The position numbers and the translations under genes were made by a program. Source: Histomonas meleagridis 2922-C6/04-290x (taxonomy: Eukaryota; Protista; Parabasalia). From it: a stretch of DNA of 64,000 nt. The notes under the pieces are model-generated. The model was not told the DNA's origin, ran no database searches, and saw only the letters and a list, made by a program, of their open reading frames with translations. The first letter of the stretch is position 1; every line of letters starts with the position of its first letter. The stretch spans positions 62,001 through 126,000 of the forward strand of contig JAANOX010000153.1 in NCBI GenBank assembly GCA_020184695.1, in the 5' to 3' direction. Below are positions 23,101-32,191 of the stretch, in pieces.

Positions 23101-24298
23101 AAATCGGAAAGCACTTGAGAGTAATTATGTGTCTGAAAACATTCATCATTGGATTGATTTAAATTTCGGCGTAAAACAAAAAAATGTTGAAACAGGTAAT
23201 GTATATAATAAATATATGTACGTAAGTAATAATTCGGAAATTAAAGATCAAGAAGAACAAAAACATGCGGACTTACTAAGGAAACAATGTGGTCAAGTTC
23301 CAATTCAAATATTTACAGAACCTCATCCAATTAGAAATAATATAAAATGTTCTTCATTAATTAATGATATATTATCTAATTTAACAATTATCGATAATGC
23401 TAAAATATTAAAAACAAAATTCGTTTTCAAGAAAAATAAAATATTTTCGGGTTATTTCTTAAGTGTTCCAAACCAAATTTACATTTTTAACTTTAATTTT
23501 AAAGATAATAATAAATTCATAATCACAAAAAATAAGAATTACGTGTTAAATGATATACAAATTTCTAACAATGCTTTATTTATCGATAAATCGAATATAA
23601 TTGATATATCAATAGACTTAAGAAGATTTAATATAATTAACTTCAAAAATAAATCAGTCAAAACTTCGCGTCATATTTTTGGCAAAATTAATTCTATCGT
23701 TTATAGTAGTCCGTTAATTATGACGATAGGGTCGGATTCAATAGTTTACGTGTGGAACGTTTCGGATATATCAAAACCGTTATTCTGCATTGAGTCTTCA
23801 CACCAAGAATATATATCTTCTGCTATATCTTATGATTTCGATTTAGTTGTTTTGGGGACTAACGACGGATTTCTTGATATTGTTTCCATAAACAAAGAAA
23901 GAATTATTCAAAGTATTAATTTAAATGAAGAAAAACCACAAATCATCAAAATCTCGAAATCTTTTGGATTTATTTTGATATATTCCATCGATGATAAAAA
24001 GAGAACTTATTCATTGTCTTTGTATAACATAAATGGATTGTTCTTAAAGAAAGTCCAAATCAAAGAGCCAATTGTCTCAATGATAACTTGGGAAAGCAAT
24101 GATGCGTTCGACTATGCGTGTGCTTGTACAATATCAAACAAAGTTTATGCGTTCGAACTTTATTATTTGGATTTGCATGAGCCGATCTTTCGTTCAAATA
24201 CGCAAATTTCATCGATGCATTTTTGTAAAAAAGATCAAATAATTGTTTGTGCGCATTCTGATGGTAAAATGACATTAATTCCTTATGAGTACCAATAA
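17177..24298 (+). CDS. BEACH (Beige/LYST/neurobeachin family) domain protein
   Basis: 2373-aa ORF. BEACH motifs [44 protein letters not shown] and LHHWIDL-like [10 protein letters not shown]. Also a preceding PH-like region, C-terminal WD40 repeats and a ConA-like segment ([10 protein letters not shown]). Confidence 0.92.
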   Translation: [2373 protein letters not shown]

Positions 24299-24372
24299 AA
24301 TTTCCATTTGTTTCATCTTTTTATTAAAAAAGTGAAGGAATTCAAAACTTTACGTCAAAGATGATTTTAAAG

Positions 24373-24374
<2 letters not shown>

Positions 24375-24405
<31 letters not shown>
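24375..24405. repeat. (AT)n microsatellite
   Basis: 31 nt of alternating A/T. Confidence 0.95.
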
Positions 24406-24406
<1 letters not shown>

Positions 24407-24571
24407 CGAAAATGCTTTTTAGTATGATTATTACCTTCTTAACCATCATACTCTAATTCAGTACCATTTGGATCCGCTCCTGGGTTTTCTGTATACATAA
24501 CTCATTCAAAGCAAAATATTAAAAAACAATTTCTAAATGTAATAAAAAAGTTATATAAAATAGACATATTT

Positions 24572-25100
24572 ATGAATTCAAATAATGCAGACATTGAAAT
24601 AAATCTTGGCGCTGATGGTATATGTATTTAGAATTCCACCACTTAATCAAGCAGAAGGATATAGATGCTCTGGTTGGGAAGGAAATCAACTTTGGCACGG
24701 ACGTATTCGTGTTTTCATCAAAGGGAAATTATTGTACTTGATGAACCTGACACAGGAAATTTTTTTGAATGTCTACTTGATCATCCAAATGCTGTTGAAC
24801 CTGTTACTGATTCATCTCGATATTTTGTTCTTCGTGTAGTGCAAGGCACACGCCATGTATTTATTGGCCTATGCATAGGTATGCAAGAAAGAAATGAATC
24901 ATTAGATTTCAAAATAGCAGTTGATAATGAAAGTTGCTGATGAATTTGAAGCTGAACAAAGTGCACCACAATCACCAGTTGAAATACATTCATTAGGAAG
25001 GGACTATTCCCTTCATAAAGGACAAAAAATTACTATCAATCTTCCAAATGGACAAACAACACGAAAGAAGAGAACTGCCAATGGTGGCTTCAAACTTTAA
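24572..25100 (+). pseudogene. NECAP: NECAP (adaptin-ear-binding coat-associated protein) pseudogene
   Basis: PHear motifs VYVFRIPP, GYRCSGW, LWHGRIRV, AVEPVTDSSRYFVLRV and C-terminal DYSLHKGQKITINL fall in different frames. Three frameshifts at ~24616, ~24727 and ~24930. Confidence 0.75.
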
Positions 25101-25136
25101 ATGATTTACTATTTTAATTTTTAATTCTTATTCATA

Positions 25137-26385
25137 TAAAGCGTTTCACAAAACGATAGACCAGTAACTGATCGAAAATTGGTTAAAAAGTCAATTTTAT
25201 TATCAAAAAGTTTCATTTAATCGTTTGTTATTTTGTGAAACCGAATTTATTTCATAAATGTTTAGTAACCATTTGGAGCGCCATTTAGTGCAATAACACG
25301 AGTCAATCTATCTGGCATTGAGTCAATGAGATTTTTGATTGTTTTCTCTTCTATGGTTTCCCATACTTGAAAAACAATTTCGATCAAGTTCTCAATTGTG
25401 TCAGGTTCCAATTCTTGCACACGTTCCTTCATAATCGACCATAAATTTTCGATAGGGTTCAAATCGGGTGAGTTTGCCGGCCAGTTTGGCAATACATTAC
25501 ACATTAGCTTCAAATAATCCATGGTTGAAGCACATGTGTGAATTGCTGCCCCGTCTTCCATTAATTTCCATTGACCCACGCCATATGCTTCATTCATGCC
25601 GATTATCAAACCAAATCCATCGATGCAATCATCAACATAACGATTTGCGTCAATAGTTCCCTCCATTGCAATCAATGGTGTTCGATAATTATATGATATC
25701 CCACCAAATATAATGATTTTCTTTGGAAACTTTTTTATATGAACGAAAATGGCATCATCTTTCTCTCCTCGACGACGCCAAAGCCATCTTCCATTTTCTC
25801 CGCACACAAATGATGATTCATCAGTAAATAAAATCGATTTCGAGTCTGTGTTGGATGAGATATGAAGTGTCACAAAAGTTAATCCTTGCTTGCATCTGGG
25901 AGTCGGTTAGAAGAAATGTTTCTCTTGATGGCAGATAAGAGTAATGATAATCATGAAGAACCTTGCTTACCAATTGTCTGCTGACTTTGGGAAAATTAGA
26001 ATTCGAACTGATTCTTTCGGCAGTTTTTTCAAGGCCAAGTCTTCGATTGGATGTAATAATACTTATTATTTCTGCTTCGATATCTTTCGTTCTTTTTCTT
26101 GGTGCCCCAATCTTGTTTTTAAGCTCGATAACATTTTCTTGTGCCTCCATTTGTTTCTTGACTTGACGAATAAGATTTCTTTAATGACCAGTTTCAAAAG
26201 CTATTTGACTAATGCTCTTACCTCGTGAAAGTTCCTGGAAAATTCGTAGGCGTGAGTTAACCATGTGATTTGGCATAGTACTTTGGTTTTGCATTTGATG
26301 TACAATAAAATGAAATGTTATATAAAATATATGCAGATGACAAATTTTTCCTATCGGCAGGTTCATCGTTTTGTGAAACACTTTG
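25137..26385 (-). mobile_element. Tc1/mariner-superfamily DNA transposon (DD34E), defective, 1249 bp
   Basis: 26-bp imperfect TIRs with 4 mismatches: 25137-25162 TAAAGCGTTTCACAAAACGATAGACC, and 26360-26385, whose reverse complement is CAAAGTGTTTCACAAAACGATGAACC. TA flanks the left end; the right flank is TG. Confidence 0.85.
25262..26276 (-). pseudogene. Tc1-type transposase with one nonsense codon and one frameshift
   Basis: ATG at 26276 (MPNHMVNSRLRIF..., HTH-like). In-frame TAA at 26181-26183 and a frameshift at ~25875. Catalytic motifs FTDES, MEDGA and SPDLNPIENLW, with 34 residues between D and E. Confidence 0.88.
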
Positions 26386-27057
26386 TGTCAATATGTTGGT
26401 GAACGATCAGTAATTGAATGTAAAACGATTATTTTTAATTCAAACGCTTCAAGTTCAAAATCAACTCAAAAAACGCAAAAAAGAAAACCAGACTTTATTT
26501 GGAAGATTATTGTTGTAGGCAGCCAATTTGTTGGTAAGTCTAGCTTTATTTCTCGTATCGATAATGATATGAAAGAAGTAAGAAGTGCAATTGGTAAAGT
26601 ATTGAACACAAAAATATTTAAAATTGGAGATAAACTTATTGAAGCACAATTGTGGGACATCAAGTACGGAGAAGTTTTTATGTGTCCCGCACCTACTTAT
26701 TTTCGTAATGCAATTGGAGTATTCCTTCTATATGATATTACAAATCGGCAAACATTCCAAGATCTTTCGATGTGGCTCGATCTTATCCATGAATATTCAG
26801 ATAAACGAGTTGTTATTATCATTATTGGATCGAAATGCGATCTTGACACAAATCGAACTGTTACAACAGAAGAAGGAATTGAATTCAGCGATAGTAAGAA
26901 CCTTATTTTCTTTGAAACATCATCACTCAAAAATATCAATGTTCATGAATCATTAGCTTATTTGGTCACCAAAATATTCTATCTTCGTATAAATGATCCA
27001 CAGCCAAAGAAAGAGCCAAATCAAACCGAAAGGAAACGTTTATTTCATTTATCCTAG
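26383..27057 (+). CDS. Divergent Rab-family small GTPase lacking an in-frame ATG and a C-terminal Cys motif (possible pseudogene)
   Basis: G1 GSQFVGKSS, Rab-like LIEAQLWD, YFRNAIGVFLLYDIT, G4 GSKCDL, G5 ETSS. G3 is degenerate (WDIKYGE). The first in-frame ATG lies after G1. Confidence 0.7.
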   Translation: MCQYVGERSVIECKTIIFNSNASSSKSTQKTQKRKPDFIWKIIVVGSQFVGKSSFISRIDNDMKEVRSAIGKVLNTKIFKIGDKLIEAQLWDIKYGEVFMCPAPTYFRNAIGVFLLYDITNRQTFQDLSMWLDLIHEYSDKRVVIIIIGSKCDLDTNRTVTTEEGIEFSDSKNLIFFETSSLKNINVHESLAYLVTKIFYLRINDPQPKKEPNQTERKRLFHLS

Positions 27058-27119
27058 GAGATATTCTTCATCAGAATTATTCTCAAAAATATTTAACCAG
27101 TTCCATTTTATTTATCTCT

Positions 27120-30100
27120 TTACGGAGTATATTTCTCTCTTTTATTGTCAGAAGAATCCAAAGTTTTTGTGTAATTATTTCTCCTCTTCCTGATCACCAA
27201 GAAATAAGTCGCAACTACAGCAGCCACCACCACAACGATGCAGACTATTACTATTGCAGCGATTTCGCCATCACTCAGACCTTTATCATCACCACCAATA
27301 GTTGATATGTAAACTATACTTTTCAGTTTTTCATCTATATCACAACTATAACCATTTGGATTAGTAAATATTATAAAGACCTTATGTTCTGTTATAATTT
27401 CCTTGTCATCACCTTTAACAATTTTCAAATTTTCAGTACTTTCTCTATCGGTGATAAATTCCGTTAAAGCATTGAATGGCACTTTTTTAGTTATGTTATT
27501 TTTACTTATGAATTCAAAATGTGTACTATAAACTTTGATCAAAGGAATTGGATCTGATGAGTCATACATTATTACTGTAGTTGGATTCATAATATTATCA
27601 TTATATGAATCAAAATCACTTGTTAACTCGTTAACATTTAATTGAACATTATTTGCGTTAACTAACGATTTCGATATATTTAATGTTTTGAAATTAATTT
27701 GTAAATTGGAATCAATATCAAATAACAAATTCAAGTTTACGAGATTTAGACTGAATCCTTGTGGATAATTACGTGTTAAATTATCAAGTGATGTAATTGT
27801 TACATTATATTTTGTATTCTGATTTAATGAATGTAAAGCAACATTAAAGAATGCTAAGAACAATGAATCGATTTGAACATTTTCGTCAATATAAATTAAT
27901 CTGTTATTTACATATTGTCTTAAGCCATATAATACATTCATATTCTTATAAACATTTTGTGTTACGCAAATTTCTTTGTTGGAACATTCATTATTATTAC
28001 AGATACAAATTGGTCCTTCATTCGGTGCATTTAATGAATAAAACATGAATTTAGTTTCTTCAGGGAAATTGTTAAATATTAATATGTCATGTTCTTCATT
28101 CGAACTAATTGTCGGATATAATAATTCAGTATCAAAGATAACTCTTGATGTATATGTTGAATCATATTTAGGATCAATAAGTCGTGGAATTTGTGATCCA
28201 TTTAATGATAATGCTATTAAATAATTCTCTGGTGAACCAGTTTCATATATAAATGAATAAGCGTTTTGACTTGATAATGAAATTATTGTTAACATTAACT
28301 TATCATAATTTGCATTAGAATTAATATGATAATATTGCATAGAATGTGGTGGTATTGTAATATAAATATCATTAATATTATCATATGATTTAATTTCTTG
28401 GATTTCTTTCTCACATAATTGACCAGTATAACCTGTATTACATGTTAATCTTCCATTTTCATTACATTTACCTTTAGTTGATGGAATACAATTTGTAGTG
28501 TTTGTCATTGTGATATAGAATGGATTTGTTGTTGTGTCACTATTAGTAAATGGACCTACTACAGTAACTATATATGGAACACCATTTTCTTCTTGAATTT
28601 CATTATTAGTTATAACATGAATTTCATAATCACCAATTTCTAATTCATCAATATCAATTATAACTTTCTCATTTAATGTGAAATGTTCTGTTTCATCCTT
28701 ACGATCATTTCCAATATATATTTTCTTTGATGGTGATATAACAATTAAATCTAAATCATAAATAATCGGTATTAATGAATCTGCATTAGAAGCTGCGTCA
28801 AGTGAACATAATACTATTCTTAATGGTACATTTGTATTTGTGATAGTAATTTTTCCTATATGATGATAATCTTCTGAATACATTTTAATATTTCGTGTAA
28901 ATCGTAATCCGAAATTAGAACCTTCAAATGGTAATACATTCGAAATATCAATCATACCATGGCCCATTAAATAATCTGGTGCCTTACTTCCATCTGGTTT
29001 ATTAGCAGATGCTATTAAAATTGATTTCGATAATAATGAATTAAAATTAAGTTTTGTATTTAAATGATAACCATTTGAGAAATAATCAGAAATTAATGCT
29101 GTAATACCTGCAACATTAGGTGTAGCCATTGATGTACCTTGATTAATCTTTAAATGTTCATTATAATTTGCGTTATCTGATCCATGATTAGGTGTCGGTG
29201 TAGTTAATGATTTAGCACTATAGATAAATACGCCTGGTGCCATTACATCTGGTTTAATTAAACCTATAAATGATGGACCTGTTGAAGAAAATGAAGCTTT
29301 GTTAATATCAGTTAATAATTTACTTTGAAGTGAATCATATTTTCTATTAACAGTTAATGTTGTACCAATTAATGATGCTAAACTATTTGTTTTATTTGTA
29401 TATAATATTTGGACTGATAAAGATGTGAAATAAATACTATACTTATCAAAATCTTCTTTTGTTATATCAAGAAGAAAAGCAGCAAGTTCATAATATGAAG
29501 ATTGAAGAGAAATATTATAATTAATTTCGATTATTGATTGCGGATCATTTAACATTGATAATGTGTCTAAATCAAAATATAAAATTTTAGTTGTGTGATG
29601 ATCAGTACTAAAGTCATTTAATCGTGATAAATATATTTCATTTGGCGCATTATGTAATGAGCCATCAGGTTGATTATTTTTATCTTCTGGTATATATAAT
29701 TCGATATTATTATTAATAGTTACTTTATAATTATTAAAATTATATATTTGATCAGATGCTGCAACTGCTAATATGTTTTTACAAGTGGAAGGTGATGAAG
29801 CCGAAAAATATTTTTGGGATCCATCATTACCTGATGCAAAGATACATAAACAATTTTCACCTGCTTTAGTAGTAAATATTAAATTATCAAGAGCAGAATT
29901 AATCGCAAAGTTCGGATTATTAACACCATAGCCCCATGAATTAGAAAATGCACATGCATTACCTTCGGCTAAAATTTGTGCCATTTGATATAGATTGGAT
30001 AAAAATGGATTATGTACTGCATGTAAATGACCTAAATACATAAGTTTCGTATCAGGCGCAACACCATTAAATTTGCTGATTTCACTCGATGAATCATATG

Positions 30101-30938
30101 AACTACCTGCAATGGTGCCTGCTACATGTGTCCCATGTTCACCAATCCCAACGTTTTGATAATAACTTTGTTCATTGTAACCAAAATCATTGTAAACATA
30201 TAAAAGTTTACGATGTGTTGGCATAAATTTTCCATATGTAACTTGGACATTAGGATCATAAAACATAGTGTGATAATAATCAATGAGTGTGTCTATCATT
30301 GCAATCGTTTGATTCTTACCACTGATGCCTTTATCTTCGAAATATCGTGGAAGTGTGGGAACAACACCATAGTCGAAGGTGGTTTGTTCAGAGTTATGTT
30401 GAGTAAATCCAGCTGCCATGTTATTATTGATCTTAGGTAATGTATGTTTGGTTATTGATTCAACTGAATCAATTTGACTTAAATATTTGGAAGCTTCCTC
30501 AGGCTGGTTTGTCTCAATAATAAGGATTTCTGGCGAGCTAGAGGTGACTTTGAAGTATTTTGATTTGGGAATTTGATCAAAAATGCCAGTAACGAATAAA
30601 TATTCAGCTGTTTTGATTTGCTCTGGTGATATAATCTTATCATTCGGTTGAATTAGACTAACCATTACGTTGATGCTTTCTAAATATGAAATTTGAGATG
30701 GTGTTAAATAAAGTTTATACACATTTTTATTGACCATGTCACGCTTGGTGAACTTGATTCCATGATCTTGTAATTGAGTAATGGGTACTTCTGTTGGAAA
30801 ATAAAGATATGCCCATGCATTATGAAAGGAAAGAGTTTTTTTTCGTTCGCTAGAATCAAAAATGATTTGCTTTCCTCTTGCAGTTGGGAATACATACTTA
30901 TTACTTATCGTAAGAGGCAGGAACAGCAAAAACATCAT
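27120..30938 (-). CDS. Subtilisin-like serine protease (family S8, KP-43/TagC-like) with EGF-like domain, type I membrane protein
   Basis: Signal peptide, MIDTLID (Asp), HGTHVAGTIAG (His), FASGND, GTSMATPNVAG (Ser), EGF-like CIPSTKGKC...CNTGYTGQLC, and C-terminal TM IAAIVIVCIVVVVAAVVATYFLV-RKRR. Confidence 0.92.
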   Translation of the reverse strand: MMFLLFLPLTISNKYVFPTARGKQIIFDSSERKKTLSFHNAWAYLYFPTEVPITQLQDHGIKFTKRDMVNKNVYKLYLTPSQISYLESINVMVSLIQPNDKIISPEQIKTAEYLFVTGIFDQIPKSKYFKVTSSSPEILIIETNQPEEASKYLSQIDSVESITKHTLPKINNNMAAGFTQHNSEQTTFDYGVVPTLPRYFEDKGISGKNQTIAMIDTLIDYYHTMFYDPNVQVTYGKFMPTHRKLLYVYNDFGYNEQSYYQNVGIGEHGTHVAGTIAGSSYDSSSEISKFNGVAPDTKLMYLGHLHAVHNPFLSNLYQMAQILAEGNACAFSNSWGYGVNNPNFAINSALDNLIFTTKAGENCLCIFASGNDGSQKYFSASSPSTCKNILAVAASDQIYNFNNYKVTINNNIELYIPEDKNNQPDGSLHNAPNEIYLSRLNDFSTDHHTTKILYFDLDTLSMLNDPQSIIEINYNISLQSSYYELAAFLLDITKEDFDKYSIYFTSLSVQILYTNKTNSLASLIGTTLTVNRKYDSLQSKLLTDINKASFSSTGPSFIGLIKPDVMAPGVFIYSAKSLTTPTPNHGSDNANYNEHLKINQGTSMATPNVAGITALISDYFSNGYHLNTKLNFNSLLSKSILIASANKPDGSKAPDYLMGHGMIDISNVLPFEGSNFGLRFTRNIKMYSEDYHHIGKITITNTNVPLRIVLCSLDAASNADSLIPIIYDLDLIVISPSKKIYIGNDRKDETEHFTLNEKVIIDIDELEIGDYEIHVITNNEIQEENGVPYIVTVVGPFTNSDTTTNPFYITMTNTTNCIPSTKGKCNENGRLTCNTGYTGQLCEKEIQEIKSYDNINDIYITIPPHSMQYYHINSNANYDKLMLTIISLSSQNAYSFIYETGSPENYLIALSLNGSQIPRLIDPKYDSTYTSRVIFDTELLYPTISSNEEHDILIFNNFPEETKFMFYSLNAPNEGPICICNNNECSNKEICVTQNVYKNMNVLYGLRQYVNNRLIYIDENVQIDSLFLAFFNVALHSLNQNTKYNVTITSLDNLTRNYPQGFSLNLVNLNLLFDIDSNLQINFKTLNISKSLVNANNVQLNVNELTSDFDSYNDNIMNPTTVIMYDSSDPIPLIKVYSTHFEFISKNNITKKVPFNALTEFITDRESTENLKIVKGDDKEIITEHKVFIIFTNPNGYSCDIDEKLKSIVYISTIGGDDKGLSDGEIAAIVIVCIVVVVAAVVATYFLVIRKRRNNYTKTLDSSDNKREKYTP

Positions 30939-32191
30939 GTGAACTCATTGCCTTTTTCGAAATTTTTCAATCAAACTGTCAGATGGAACATCGGAGCTCA
31001 AAATTTGAACAGAAAATCATCGTTCATCCTACCAAAAAAAAAAATTACACGGTTTTAGTGAACAAAGAGCGGTTTTACTCGACGGTTATGATCACAATTA
31101 AAATCATATTATCCAAGAAAAGATCATAACATGAAAAAAAACGCTGAATATAAGCAGTGTGAAGAAGATTTATAGACAGCCGATTTTAGAGAAATTCAAG
31201 GAAATATATCTCGAAAATTATCGAAAATTGTTATATTTTCATTCCACTTTTATGTAATTTTAAATTTTTCTCCTCAAAAACTTTTTGTTTTACCTTAACA
31301 TGGTGAATTATCAAATCAGAAATCATTCGGTCACCTTAAAATCTAAACTTTATCTACATGAGGTTTTAAAAGGTGAAATTATATATGGTGCTGATAAAAT
31401 CAAAATTGGTTTTATTCCAAAATATGTTGTGGATGTTGAGACCTATCTAAATTTCTTTATTTAAAATATTTATATCTTACAATACATATAATAAAATTGC
31501 TTCTTATTTTTATTTTGGTTGTACATTCTTCGAAAAGAATAAATTATTATTAATGAGCAATATTCTGTCTTGAGAAGGAAATAATTTTATTTTTTGTTAT
31601 TTGCACTTTTTGCCATCATCGGCATAACCGTTTTTGCTCTTTTCCAAAACAATAAGGTAAGAAATTATTCGTAAAAATAAGCGTAGTGTTGTTATAATAA
31701 TTATAACTATTACTACACAAACACAAATAATAATTATTAGTTATTACTATAGTAATGCATTACATTTCATATGAGTAAAACATTATTTTTATCTTTCGTT
31801 TGATTATAACTTTTGTATATAAATTTTCGACCTTTCAGCAAAATATTGATTTGCAAATTAAACTTTTAAATTGAGCTTTAGCATTAATGTTTATGTTGTT
31901 TTCTTAAGTTTTTAATAAGGTGTTTATCAAATATTTCTTTCTTTTTACTTGTAATTGTTTATAATTAATTTTTTAGTGTGTTGTGTTGGATCAATATGAT
32001 TTAATTCAAGTAAGTTGATTTACAATTTTATGAATTCATAATCTCACACATACTTAAATTTCATCACATATTGTTAAAACTTTATAAAAAAAATTCAAAC
32101 TTATTCTTTCCATATAATTCTTAAATACAACAAGTTTTGATAATACAGAATAACAAATGAGAAAATTATCAATTTTTTATCTACGAAGAAG

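Noticed and set aside
24617-24630. 14-nt GT..AG in NECAP as an intron
   Set aside because: The segment encodes the conserved VYVFR motif and its removal gives the wrong frame.
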